From positions 1-64,000 of the forward strand of contig JAFCCC010000003.1 in the NCBI GenBank assembly GCA_017610385.1: a DNA stretch of 64,000 nt, in the 5' to 3' direction. How positions within the stretch are numbered: position 1 is the first letter of the stretch; each line of letters begins with the position of its first letter. This document shows positions 6,525-16,590 of the stretch, piece after piece. Under the pieces are notes generated by a model. The model was not told where the DNA came from, made no database searches, and worked only from the letters and a program-made list of their open reading frames with translations. The stretch is from Candidatus Nanohalarchaeota archaeon. Its GTDB lineage: Archaea; Nanohalarchaeota; Nanosalinia; Nanosalinales; JAFCCC01. The translations under genes and the position numbers were made by a program.

Positions 6525-7553
6525 ATGAAGAAATTAAAATATTCCCTATTCAGTTTTGGAATGGCAATTGCCCTTTTAGTATTTTTTATGAATTCTGTAG
6601 GTTGGGGAGAATTATTAAGAGTATATAGAAACACAAACCCGCACATTTTGTCTTTTGCATTACTTCTTTCTTGTTCTGGGTTTTTTCTAAACACCCATGT
6701 TTGGAAAAATATTTTGGAATTTTTAAAAGTTCACATGCCCTTTAGAACCCTTTTAAGGTTATTTTATATGAGTCTATTTGCAAATTATGTAACTCCCTTT
6801 GGTCAAGCTGGTGGAGAACCATTTATGGCTTATATTTTATCCAAAAAATCAAAAATACCTTATGGACAGGGTTTAGCTACAATTATGTCTGCTGATATTA
6901 TTGGCGCAATAGCACCCATATTTTTTTCAGCGATTGGATTAGTTTACTATATTTTAACACAGAATGTGACCACAGTAATGTTTGAAGTTATTCTTGCTTT
7001 AATTTGCCTTGGCATTTTAATTATTTTTGGAATCATTATTCTTCAAACCAAAAGGAAATTTATTGAAAAAATAATTATTGCTGTTTCAAGATGGATTAGA
7101 CGGGTCTTAAGAGCAATTAAGTGGGATAAAAAAAGAATTGATCGGTATTTTGGTTATAAGCCCACCGTAGAAAGAATAAATATATTTTATAAGACATTTA
7201 CTGCAGTTATTGCTGAAAAACGATGGAGTATTGTTTCTTTTACCTTACTTTCAACTCTTGCACAGGTTTTAGCATTGTATTATTGTGTTTTAGCTTTAGG
7301 ATATACTCCAAAATTATTAGTATTTTTAGCTGTTTTGCCATTGGCCTCTCTATCAAGTTATTTGCCTTTGCCAGGGGGATTAGGTGGTATGGAGATTTCA
7401 ATAGCTTATTTGTTGGTGCTGCTTTGTAATTTGCCTATTGGTATCGCCACCGGTTCTGCTTTGTTATTTCGAGTTATTACTTATTGGATTCCATTGGGAG
7501 TTGGTGGTACATTAATGGCATATACTCTAAGAAGACCAATAATTGAAATCTAA
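6525..7553 (+). CDS. Lysylphosphatidylglycerol synthase TM / AglD2-like flippase-family membrane protein
   Basis: Multi-TM protein with NYVTPFGQAGGEP and PLPGGLGGME motifs. Confidence 0.85.
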   Translation: MKKLKYSLFSFGMAIALLVFFMNSVGWGELLRVYRNTNPHILSFALLLSCSGFFLNTHVWKNILEFLKVHMPFRTLLRLFYMSLFANYVTPFGQAGGEPFMAYILSKKSKIPYGQGLATIMSADIIGAIAPIFFSAIGLVYYILTQNVTTVMFEVILALICLGILIIFGIIILQTKRKFIEKIIIAVSRWIRRVLRAIKWDKKRIDRYFGYKPTVERINIFYKTFTAVIAEKRWSIVSFTLLSTLAQVLALYYCVLALGYTPKLLVFLAVLPLASLSSYLPLPGGLGGMEISIAYLLVLLCNLPIGIATGSALLFRVITYWIPLGVGGTLMAYTLRRPIIEI

Positions 7554-8857
7554 TTTAATCCAAATTGTTTCATAAGTTTCTTCATTGGCCCTCTTCTCAA
7601 ATTTTTTCCAGAAAATTTATTAACCATATTTTTAACTTGACGATATGTCTTTAATAATTCTCTTACGTCTTTTTCAGAAGTTCCAGAACCTTTAGAAATT
7701 CGTAATACTCTATTTCTATTTATTAATGACGGATCAGCCCTTTCTTTTGTAGTCATAGATTCAATAATATATTTAAATTTCTCAATTTTATCTCCTTCCA
7801 AATCTAAGACATTTTCTGGCATTTTCATTCCACCAGGAAGCATATCCTTAATTTGTGAGAACATCCCTGATTTTTTAGCAGTTGCTAATTGATCATAGAA
7901 TTCTTCTATGCTAAAGGTTCCTTCTAATATTTTTTTAGCTTTATCTTCGTCAAAGTTTTCCTTTGCTTTTTCTAAAAGTGATTTTAAGTCTGGAATTCCA
8001 AGCATTTTGGAAACAAACGGAACTGAATCATAAATTTCAAGATTATCTATTTTTTCTCCAGTACCAACAAATAAAACTGGAACATTTGCATGAAAACATG
8101 ATGAAAAAACCCCACCCGCCTTCGCAGAAGAATCTGTTTTTGTTACAATAATTCCTGTTATATCAATAGCATCATTAAAAGCCTTTGCCTGATCTCCGGA
8201 GGTTTGTCCAAGATCTGCAGGAACAATCAAGTATTTTTCATCTGGCTTAAATTTTTTAGAAATCTCTTTTAATTCTTCTATCAAATTAGTGTTTAAAGAA
8301 TCTCTCCCGGCAGAATCTACAATTATTAAGTTGCACTTATTCTTCTTTAGAGTTTTTAAACCATTTTTTACTATTTTTATTGCGTCTTTTGATTTTTTTT
8401 CTCCGTAAAAATCAACTTTAATTTTATCTGCTAATTGTTTTAATTGATCATATGCACCAGCCCGATAAATATCACAAGAAATAACGCCTACTTTATTTCC
8501 CTTTTTTCTGTAAAAATTAGCTAATTTTGCGGTTGTGGTGGTTTTGCCTGAACCAAATAAACCACATAGTAAGATTAATCCCCTTTCTAATTTTATTTCA
8601 GGTTTTTTCCCTAAGAATTCAATTAATTTATCATAAACTAAATTTAAAACATATTCTTTTCTTGTTAAGCCCTTTGGTAATTCTTTTTTTAATGCTTCTT
8701 TTTTAATTTTATTACTTAATTCAAAAACTAATTCTACTTCAACGTCGGATTTTAAGAGTTCTCTTTGAAGATCTTTAATTAAGGCTTCAACTTCTTCTTT
8801 ATCTACTAAACTCAATCGAGAAAACTTTCTTATACCTTCTTTTAACTTTTCAAACAT
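7550..8857 (-). CDS. srp54: Signal recognition particle protein SRP54
   Basis: GLFGSGKTTT, DSAGR and TKTDS GTPase motifs; M-domain IIESMT..ER, RISKGSG. Confidence 0.95.
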   Translation of the reverse strand: MFEKLKEGIRKFSRLSLVDKEEVEALIKDLQRELLKSDVEVELVFELSNKIKKEALKKELPKGLTRKEYVLNLVYDKLIEFLGKKPEIKLERGLILLCGLFGSGKTTTTAKLANFYRKKGNKVGVISCDIYRAGAYDQLKQLADKIKVDFYGEKKSKDAIKIVKNGLKTLKKNKCNLIIVDSAGRDSLNTNLIEELKEISKKFKPDEKYLIVPADLGQTSGDQAKAFNDAIDITGIIVTKTDSSAKAGGVFSSCFHANVPVLFVGTGEKIDNLEIYDSVPFVSKMLGIPDLKSLLEKAKENFDEDKAKKILEGTFSIEEFYDQLATAKKSGMFSQIKDMLPGGMKMPENVLDLEGDKIEKFKYIIESMTTKERADPSLINRNRVLRISKGSGTSEKDVRELLKTYRQVKNMVNKFSGKNLRRGPMKKLMKQFGLN

Positions 8858-8917
8858 AAAAGTGAATTTGGGGCCAAAGAATAAAAAGATGAATTGAGTC
8901 TTTTTGTTAAGTTCGAT

Positions 8918-9175
8918 GCGGCCATGGTCTAATGGCTATGACCCCGGCCTTCCAAGAAGCTGAATTATCAGCTTGCACTAAAAGACGTTTCGTTCGTAAA
9001 AACGAACTTAATCGCCTGCAAAAGTTTATACTTTTGTTTACCCTTTTCGAAGAAAGCCGGTGATGCGGGTTCGATTTAGCCTTTACCCAAAGTGCGGAAG
9101 CTTAATTTCCGCTAACGCTTTTTTGCGTTTACTTTTGCGAAAAAAGGTTAGGTTACGAAAATCCCGCTGGCCGCA
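8918..9175 (+). tRNA. tRNA-Gly(TCC) with two introns (37/38: 8955-9054; T-loop 59/60: 9076-9161)
   Basis: GCGGCCA/TGGCCGC acceptor stem, CCGGC-CTTCCAA-GCCGG anticodon arm, GCGGG-TTCGATT-CCCGC T arm; both introns form BHB motifs. Confidence 0.88.
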
Positions 9176-9244
9176 CTAATTTTTTTAAAATCAAAAATAC
9201 ATGGACTTTATAAAAAGCAGTAACTAAACCAAAATTGCATATTT

Positions 9245-9754
9245 TTAATCAAAAATCCCCTTCTTGGTAGAAACTGAAACTAAATTTCCCTTGATTGTGA
9301 GAAATTCAGTAGTTTTGAGAGGCAACCTTTGGATGAACTTTTCGGCGAAATTAATGTGCTCATTTTCTGGTAGGAAATTGGCCTTGTAGAGGTTAATAAT
9401 TCTGGCTCCGTCCTTGATTGATTTAAGAGCGCTTTCTGTAGCTTGAAATACTTTGATTGTCTCCAAGTTCACAGTATTAAACACAACATCAATATCTGTT
9501 ATTTGTTCCCAAACTGAATTCTCCATAGGGTTCCCGATTATAATTTCTAAATTTGGAATTTTACTTTTGAGTTGATCCAAATTCCTTTTGAATAAAGGAT
9601 TAATTTCAATTCCAATTATTTTTCCTTCCTTGATTTTTTCCGCAGCGTATTTTAAAGCAGAACCAGCTCTACAACCAACATTAACAAAATTTTTAGAATC
9701 TCTCAACAGTTTGAATTTCTCATCTAATTCTTTTAGAATATCATAAAGTTCCAT
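9245..9754 (-). CDS. FtsJ/RlmE-like Rossmann methyltransferase (divergent)
   Basis: LKELDEKFKLLR...VNVGCRAGS..YAAE....G.IIGIEI resembles the RlmE N-terminus. Confidence 0.6.
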   Translation of the reverse strand: MELYDILKELDEKFKLLRDSKNFVNVGCRAGSALKYAAEKIKEGKIIGIEINPLFKRNLDQLKSKIPNLEIIIGNPMENSVWEQITDIDVVFNTVNLETIKVFQATESALKSIKDGARIINLYKANFLPENEHINFAEKFIQRLPLKTTEFLTIKGNLVSVSTKKGIFD

Positions 9755-9812
9755 AATATTTTCTTTGCAAAGGAATGATAAATATTTAAATATATACTAC
9801 TACGAGAAGGTT

Positions 9813-10265
9813 ATGTTTGGAAATATGAACGATAAAGTTTATGCAACACTTGCTCCTTTTGCATATAATATTATAGAAACTTGTATTTTGGATCGCTCAG
9901 ATTATACGCCATTCTTAAGACGATCTCATGAGTCTATTATGAAAATTGATTATTTTTCTATGAATCTTCGCGCAATTAATTTAACTACTTCAAGAAGATA
10001 TTCTGTTTTAGAATCTGTTAAATCGTTATTGCATATAGATGCCGCGGATGTTTCTATTGTGCCTACATTTGGAAATAGAATTTATTTGAGGTACCGAAAG
10101 TACGAAAAGAACAGAGAAATACTTGATGAATTAGTAACTCTTTTATCTAATGATCCTACTACTATATTAACGATTCAAGAAGTAACTGGATTTCTTTCTA
10201 GAAAAAGAGAAATTCCATTAGATGAATTTAGCGTGCTTAGTAGAACAGAACAGACAAAAACCTAA
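9813..10265 (+). CDS. Hypothetical protein
   Basis: Open frame of about 150 aa; start uncertain. Confidence 0.55.
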   Translation: MFGNMNDKVYATLAPFAYNIIETCILDRSDYTPFLRRSHESIMKIDYFSMNLRAINLTTSRRYSVLESVKSLLHIDAADVSIVPTFGNRIYLRYRKYEKNREILDELVTLLSNDPTTILTIQEVTGFLSRKREIPLDEFSVLSRTEQTKT

Positions 10266-10282
10266 TTGCTTGTGTGATGTTA

Positions 10283-10394
10283 AGCCCCAGGCGAGATTTG
10301 AACTCACGACCTTTACCTGATTGGCGCAACTGGTTACCAAGGTCTAGCGGGATTGGGTCTTATCCTAACGCTCTACCAGCTGAGCTACTGGAGC
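10283..10394 (-). tRNA. tRNA-Thr(GGT) with two introns (anticodon stem 28/29: 10344-10366; 37/38: 10319-10334)
   Basis: Reverse complement reads GCTCCAG...GAGCG TT^ACC TTGGTA^A GGTAA AGGTC GTGAG TTCAAAT CTCGC CTGGGGC; BHB-like junctions. Confidence 0.88.
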
Positions 10395-10597
10395 AAATTT
10401 TTGAAAGATTAATTACATTTTAATTGATTATAACCTTTCACAATAAACAGACTATTAATAGAAATCTATAAAATGTTAGTGTCAGATTTTAGGTTTTTTA
10501 GAATAATCTAGAATTAAATAACGAGCAAATAAAATTAAATGAACACATTAGCGAATTAAATGAAACGAACACATTAGTTATCTTGAGAAGATATCTA

Positions 10598-10759
10598 TTA
10601 TGCTTTAAGATGCTTGTGCTTTAATCTTAAAGATTTGCTCTGGCATTTCCTACATTTAGCTCCTTTTAAGGTCTTTAGCCTATTTTTAGCATTACATCGT
10701 TGACAAATGTATACCTGACTAAAAAGTCTTTTATCTGCAATTTCGAATCGCTTTGCCAT
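10598..10759 (-). CDS. rpl40e: 50S ribosomal protein L40e
   Basis: ICQRCNAKN...CRKCQSKSLRLK zinc knuckle; start at MAKRF. Confidence 0.9.
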   Translation of the reverse strand: MAKRFEIADKRLFSQVYICQRCNAKNRLKTLKGAKCRKCQSKSLRLKHKHLKA

Positions 10760-10827
10760 TTTAACCTCAGAATTTAATTGACCGTTACATTTATAAAATG
10801 TTTGACTGTTTGTTTTTAAGAATGCGT

Positions 10828-11367
10828 TTAGAAGTAAGATGAATAACCTGTCCAATCAATTTTTCCTGGTTTAAACGGTTCTCTTGATTCAGGTTCTTGA
10901 ATTATTTTAATTATATCTGCTGCAACAGTTCTAATCGGCCTTTTAGTTGAATCTACTTCATAAACGTCCTTATGCAATTGAACTGCTTCTTGAAGTATGA
11001 TATCTAAAATTTCTGCTTGGACATTTTCGATTATTTTTCCTTTGGCCCAACCCTTTGTTTCTAATCTTCTTCGTAAATCATTTGGATTTGTTCTAAGAAT
11101 AATAACTAAATCTAATTCTTTCAAAAAATGACCTAAATGCCCATCTAAAAGAACATTCTTGGTTTTTTTCAATTCTTTTTGAACTACTTCATTTAATTTT
11201 TCCGCATCCACAACATGAGTATCTCTTTTTTCATCATAATCCTCAAAAAGATCATTTTTTTCAGCTATGTCTGTCAAACTAATTAATTTATATTTCAATT
11301 TTTCAGAAACCATTTGCGATGCAGAGGTTTTACCAGTTCCGGGAGTTCCCGTAATTGCAACTTTCAT
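10828..11367 (-). CDS. Atypical adenylate kinase (AK6/Fap7 family)
   Basis: ITGTPGTGKT, LLDGH, LRT.P..L..RL..KGW...KI.EN..AE. Confidence 0.9.
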   Translation of the reverse strand: MKVAITGTPGTGKTSASQMVSEKLKYKLISLTDIAEKNDLFEDYDEKRDTHVVDAEKLNEVVQKELKKTKNVLLDGHLGHFLKELDLVIILRTNPNDLRRRLETKGWAKGKIIENVQAEILDIILQEAVQLHKDVYEVDSTKRPIRTVAADIIKIIQEPESREPFKPGKIDWTGYSSYF

Positions 11368-11395
11368 ACTTTAGAATTAGTTTCTAATTTTAAAT

Positions 11396-12286
11396 TCATT
11401 TCTTTCTTTTAGGTTTTTTGTCAGTTTTAGTTTGTTTTTTAATTGGTTTCTTAATACGGGTATTCTTTTTTTTGTTGTAGTTCATATAGAATTTAGTATA
11501 AACTAATCCTTTAATTGGAGCGACTATAAACACAAAAATCAGAATAATAAAATTATCTAAATAAATAATTCTTGAAAATTGGTTCAATAGAATTGTTGCA
11601 ACAAAGAAAATTATAACCAGGCCTAAGAATTCAATAAAGTTCTTTTTTACTGTTTGGTAACTTAATAAAATCGCATTACGTGTGTTAGCATTGCTTACCG
11701 CTAAAGATTGTGCAGTTAGACTTAAGAACATTCTTAATAATATATTTCCAAGTATAACAAGTATAATTGTTGTAGTTATGATTCCAATTATATTTGTATA
11801 CGCAAAAGTGATGATTAACGCCAAAGAAACCACGATCGCAACAATGAAAATTAAGTAAAGCAATAACATAGTTCCTACAGAGCTTTTAAACTTTTCTTTA
11901 GCGTATTTAAACATTAAGTCGAGTTTAACTTTTTCACCTTTTAGTGCTTCTTGATACAGTTTTGTTAAGCCAACCTTAAGTGGAAATATTAACGCTCCTG
12001 CAATTGCTATTCCTAATATGATGAAAAATACCTTAAACATGAAGCCCCTCATTAATTCAAAATAGGGTTCAAATAGGTTGTTAGAAGGCATAGTTTGTTG
12101 TTGTTGTATTACTTTTCCTAATTGGGTTAGTGCTACGTTATTTGCTTGAGCATATTGTGCAAGAGGTATTCCAAATGGAAGTGCTATAATTGCTGCGACA
12201 ATTCCGATTATTATTATTCCCAAAATCAATGCCGGAAAATTTTTCTTATACGCTTTCCACGCACTTCCAAAACATTCAGAACGCAT
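11396..12286 (-). CDS. Polytopic membrane protein
   Basis: Several TM helices and a basic C-terminal tail. Confidence 0.75.
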   Translation of the reverse strand: MRSECFGSAWKAYKKNFPALILGIIIIGIVAAIIALPFGIPLAQYAQANNVALTQLGKVIQQQQTMPSNNLFEPYFELMRGFMFKVFFIILGIAIAGALIFPLKVGLTKLYQEALKGEKVKLDLMFKYAKEKFKSSVGTMLLLYLIFIVAIVVSLALIITFAYTNIIGIITTTIILVILGNILLRMFLSLTAQSLAVSNANTRNAILLSYQTVKKNFIEFLGLVIIFFVATILLNQFSRIIYLDNFIILIFVFIVAPIKGLVYTKFYMNYNKKKNTRIKKPIKKQTKTDKKPKRKK

Positions 12287-12429
12287 AACCTAAAATTGAA
12301 TTTTATGATTTATAAGCGTTAGTCCCTATACTACTTTTTGGACAATTTACGATTCTTGGTGTAAAATATGATAGAAATTTGGACACAGAAATTAAAAATT
12401 TCTTATTCCAAATTCTATGGAGAAGCTAA

Positions 12430-13380
12430 ATGATAGAAATTTGGACAGAAAAATACAGACCAAAAAGTCTTACAGAGGTTATAGGACAAGAAAAAATAGT
12501 TTCACGCCTGAAAGCGTTTGTAAAAACTAAAAGCGTTCCACATTGTTTATTTGCGGGTTCCGCAGGTATTGGTAAAACCACTTGTGCCCTTGCTCTAGCT
12601 AAAGATCTTTATGGAGAGCACTGGAAACAGAATTTTCTGGAAACAAATGCATCAGATGAACGAGGAATTAATGTTGTTAGGTCAAAAATCAAAGATTTTG
12701 CGAGAACTGCTCCGCTAAATGCACCTTTTAAGATAATATTTCTAGATGAAAGTGACGCATTAACTTCTGAAGCCCAGCAAGCGCTTAGAAGAACCATGGA
12801 AAAATATTCTAATACGTGTAGATTCATACTTTCTTGTAATTATAGTAGTAAGGTCTTAGAGCCTATTCAATCTAGAACCGCTGTTTTTCGATTTAATAGA
12901 TTAACTGATGACGATGTTCATAAGTATATCATGCGAATTGCTCAGGCAGAAGGATTTACTTTAACACCAGATGGATTAAATGCGGTAACAAAAATATCTT
13001 ATGGAGACTTGAGAAAAGCTACGAATGTATTACAAGCAGCATCTATTGTAACTGAAGAAATTAGCGAAAAAACAATATTTGATGTTTCTGCATCTCTAAG
13101 ACCAAAAGAAGTTAAAGCAATTTTAACTGATGCGTTGTCTGGCAAATTTCTAAGTGCTAGAAATAAATTAAATACTTTGATGATTGATCGTGGTTTGGAT
13201 GGTTTAGATATTATTAAAGCGATTCATAGAGAGGTTTACTCTTTAGAGATCCCTGAAAAGCAGAAATTAAAGTTTATTGAACTTTTAGGAGAATATGAGT
13301 TTAGAATTACTGAAGGAGGAACTCCGGATATCCAAATAGAAGCTTTGTTGGCGCAATTAACTTGCCTTTCTAAAACATAA
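12430..13380 (+). CDS. rfcS: Replication factor C small subunit
   Basis: WTEKYRP, GIGKT, NASDERGI, LDESDALT..AQQALRRTME; no intein. Confidence 0.97.
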   Translation: MIEIWTEKYRPKSLTEVIGQEKIVSRLKAFVKTKSVPHCLFAGSAGIGKTTCALALAKDLYGEHWKQNFLETNASDERGINVVRSKIKDFARTAPLNAPFKIIFLDESDALTSEAQQALRRTMEKYSNTCRFILSCNYSSKVLEPIQSRTAVFRFNRLTDDDVHKYIMRIAQAEGFTLTPDGLNAVTKISYGDLRKATNVLQAASIVTEEISEKTIFDVSASLRPKEVKAILTDALSGKFLSARNKLNTLMIDRGLDGLDIIKAIHREVYSLEIPEKQKLKFIELLGEYEFRITEGGTPDIQIEALLAQLTCLSKT

Positions 13381-13394
13381 ATTAAGGTGTTTTT

Positions 13395-14600
13395 ATGAAT
13401 CAATTATGGACTGAAAAATACAGACCAAAAGATTTGAAATCATTTAAAGGAAATAAGAAGGCAATTGAAGAAATAATTCTTTGGATTCAAAATTGGAAAG
13501 AATCTAAAAATAAGGCCGTGTTATTACATGGTGCTCCGGGTGTTGGTAAAACGTCTCTATCTTTCTTATTGGCTAAATCCTTGAATTATGAACTTTTAGA
13601 TACAAATGCGTCAGATATTCGAACAAAGGATAAATTAAAAGAAAAAGTAGAACAAGCGGTCAAACAAAAATCATTGTTTAAAAAAGGAAAAATTATTTTG
13701 ATTGATGAAGTAGATGGAATGGGTTCCTCTGATAGGGGTGGCGGCGCAGAACTAGTTAGACTTATTTCTGAAACGAAATTCCCATTAATTTTCACTGCAA
13801 ATGATGCATATAATCCAAAATTATCTACTTTAAGAAATAAATGTAAAATAATAAAATTTAATTCAGTACACCAAAATTCAGTTGCTGCTCGACTAAAAGA
13901 GATTTGTGATATGGAAAAAATTAACTTTGACCCGGAGGCATTAAAGGCAATCGCAAGAAGAGCTTCTGGGGACCTTAGATCTGCAATAAACGATCTTGAA
14001 TCTTTATTTTCAAATAATCACGAAATAACATTAGAAATTGTCAATGAATTAAATTTTAGAGATTTAGATCAAAATATTTTTCAGGCATTACTTATTATTT
14101 TCAAAACTAAAACATATTCTACTGCATTAGATGCCACCAATAATCTAAGTGAAAATTTTGATATGTTATTTAATTGGATTCGCGAAAATGTTCCATTAGA
14201 ATATGAAAAAAATGAGGAGATCGCGTTAGCTTACAATTTTGTTTCCAAAGCGAATATTTTCAAGGGCAGGATACGAAGAAGACAGAATTGGAGTTTATTA
14301 AAGTACGCGTATGAATTATTGTGTGCCGGCGTTGCAATTTCTAAAGATGAAAAATATTCCAAATTTACTCGATATAGGTTTCCAACTATAATTAAAAAAA
14401 TGTCTTTAGCGAGGTCTAAAAAATCAATAAGAATTTCTATGTGTTCTAAGTTCTCTAAAAAATTACATATTTCTTCTAAACACATAATGAAAGATATAAA
14501 ATTCTTTAAAATTTTAATAAATAATCCAGAAACCCGTAATAATTTAATAGAGCAGTTATATCTTGAAAAAGAAGAAATTAAATATTTAGAAGATTTTTAG
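13395..14600 (+). CDS. rfcL: Replication factor C large subunit
   Basis: WTEKYRP, GAPGVGKT, NASD, IDEVDG, GDLRSAINDL; follows rfcS. Confidence 0.95.
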   Translation: MNQLWTEKYRPKDLKSFKGNKKAIEEIILWIQNWKESKNKAVLLHGAPGVGKTSLSFLLAKSLNYELLDTNASDIRTKDKLKEKVEQAVKQKSLFKKGKIILIDEVDGMGSSDRGGGAELVRLISETKFPLIFTANDAYNPKLSTLRNKCKIIKFNSVHQNSVAARLKEICDMEKINFDPEALKAIARRASGDLRSAINDLESLFSNNHEITLEIVNELNFRDLDQNIFQALLIIFKTKTYSTALDATNNLSENFDMLFNWIRENVPLEYEKNEEIALAYNFVSKANIFKGRIRRRQNWSLLKYAYELLCAGVAISKDEKYSKFTRYRFPTIIKKMSLARSKKSIRISMCSKFSKKLHISSKHIMKDIKFFKILINNPETRNNLIEQLYLEKEEIKYLEDF

Positions 14601-14947
14601 CAAATTTCTTTTTCTAATTCGAAATATACTGATTTTAGTTTTATTTGATCACAAGAACTTAAATTAACCTCTAATAAATATCCTCTTTGGAAAGCCCAAT
14701 CTTCTAGATGTTTTTTTAGTTCTTTTTCTTGATTTGACGGTGTATTTGGCGTTTCTCTAAATGTTTTAGCTTCGGAAAATTTATTTTCTATGTTGTGAAT
14801 AGTAAAACCGACTCCAAATCTTTTTACTTCGTTTAAATCAAAATTAGAATATGCTATAAAGACTTTGGCTGTGGAGAAAAGTACAGAGATTATCATAACC
14901 GCGGTTATTATGAAAAACTGACCTTTTCTTATCATAAATACCACCAC
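14597..14947 (-). CDS. Class III signal peptide (pilin-like) protein
   Basis: RKG/QFFIITAVMII prepilin-type cleavage motif. Confidence 0.7.
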   Translation of the reverse strand: MVVFMIRKGQFFIITAVMIISVLFSTAKVFIAYSNFDLNEVKRFGVGFTIHNIENKFSEAKTFRETPNTPSNQEKELKKHLEDWAFQRGYLLEVNLSSCDQIKLKSVYFELEKEIC

Positions 14948-16590
14948 ACAGTATTTATAGTATATGGCAAATAAATGCCTTCATTAAAAGTTCCTAAATA
15001 CGGAACACCTACTGCTTCTGAACTAATTAATGTACTTTTTATTGAGCTTTCTTTTGTGCCTAAATATAATATTATTCCCCTTAATAAAGAATAATCTTCT
15101 GCATAGAATTCTTTTTTTGGAATTTGTACTACAATTCCGCTGCCATTATATACTCTTGTATTGGCATTGATCGTATAAACATTAGGATCCTCTGAGTCAT
15201 GATAAAAGTAATTTTTTCTTTTTAATATTCCATAATCAGAGCTAATATTTTTAAAATAATAATCCGAGAAATAATACGGTTTCTTTGGTTTCAATTCTAG
15301 TGGATAAATTTTTATAATTTCATAGGAATTTTTTCCAGAGGTTATAGTACCTCCTACACCATATCCAGAATTATTATCAAATATAGAATTTTCTGAGAAG
15401 TAGGCTTCATTGTAATTTGTTGATTTATTGGCTAAAACGATATTGTATGTTCTATTTCCTATATTTATGCTCTGTGTTAAATAAAAATTATCATAAGAAT
15501 TTATTCCTGAAACATTCCATCCCGCATAATACAAGATATCCGACCCTGATGTAAAATCTGTGTTAAAAGTATCTACTTTAATTGGAATATCATAAAAATA
15601 TTTGCTAACATAATATCCTATTTGTTCTGGATCCTCTGACGAAACAAATATATTTTCAGTATCTCCGAATCCCAATATTTGCTTTTCAACATTAGTGAAA
15701 TTAAATATTTCTTGAATTGGTTCATTCATTTGTGTCTCATTAATATTCTTAATTTCAATAATTGATTTATCTTGTAATAAAAAGTTCTTGATAGTTTCTA
15801 CATGAGAAGTTAATTCAGATAATGGAATTTCATCAATTAATAAAATGTCTTGATTAGAAAGTCCTTCATAATTGAGATTTAAGTTATCAATGGTATAAAA
15901 TACATTAAAATATGGTGAAATAATTGATTTTAAATTATTACTTAATTCTTTTGAATATGTGGCATTAAAAAGAACCAATTTGTCTGTAATCGGGCCGATT
16001 TCATAATAATTACCATAGCATGAGTCATTGCTTACCCCAAATGTTTTTTTACATTTGAATACACCATTAAATTCATAGGGTCCTTCAAAAACGTCATTAA
16101 ATTCTGTATCGTTATTCAAGTCAAAATTAACTGTATCATATTTTTCTTTATTATCTATTTGTGTATCTGAAACCACAAATCTAATTCCAAATATTTCTCC
16201 TTTGCGATACCATTCATTTTCTGAAGGTGGAAATCCTGTTCCTTCCCACGTACCTGCTACAGTATCTGCTATTTGAACTTGTTCTTCACGTATTAAATTC
16301 CCGATTTTGATAGATCTCTTTGGAACACCTCTAATATTTATATAATGTCCTGTGTTTGGAACCAAATCTGAAAATAAAGTTCCTAAAACGTCTAAATCCT
16401 TACTGACTATGACTTTTCCCAAAATTCCTGAATGATCTAAAGCAGTTAATAAATCTTCAGCTTCTTTTTGAATATGAACCCCCTTCCAATCGATAGTCTT
16501 GGGATTTGGGAAAATTGTTGATAGAAATACTAATAACAGTAAACTTCCAATAACAGCGTCTGTTGCATGTAGAAAGCCCTTTCTTACCAT
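14932..16590 (-). CDS. Large pilin-like/adhesin protein with class III signal peptide
   Basis: MVRKG/FLHATDAVIG followed by a hydrophobic helix; beta-rich, Asn-rich body. Confidence 0.7.
   Translation of the reverse strand: MVRKGFLHATDAVIGSLLLLVFLSTIFPNPKTIDWKGVHIQKEAEDLLTALDHSGILGKVIVSKDLDVLGTLFSDLVPNTGHYINIRGVPKRSIKIGNLIREEQVQIADTVAGTWEGTGFPPSENEWYRKGEIFGIRFVVSDTQIDNKEKYDTVNFDLNNDTEFNDVFEGPYEFNGVFKCKKTFGVSNDSCYGNYYEIGPITDKLVLFNATYSKELSNNLKSIISPYFNVFYTIDNLNLNYEGLSNQDILLIDEIPLSELTSHVETIKNFLLQDKSIIEIKNINETQMNEPIQEIFNFTNVEKQILGFGDTENIFVSSEDPEQIGYYVSKYFYDIPIKVDTFNTDFTSGSDILYYAGWNVSGINSYDNFYLTQSINIGNRTYNIVLANKSTNYNEAYFSENSIFDNNSGYGVGGTITSGKNSYEIIKIYPLELKPKKPYYFSDYYFKNISSDYGILKRKNYFYHDSEDPNVYTINANTRVYNGSGIVVQIPKKEFYAEDYSLLRGIILYLGTKESSIKSTLISSEAVGVPYLGTFNEGIYLPYTINTVWWYL

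Noticed and set aside
10520-10580. Short imperfect duplication AATTAAATGAA(ACG)ACACATTAG
   Set aside because: Only two AT-rich copies; likely local slippage with no evidence of function.
12430-13380. Intein in rfcS (a common insertion site)
   Set aside because: The protein is normal length (316 aa) with a contiguous Walker A region.
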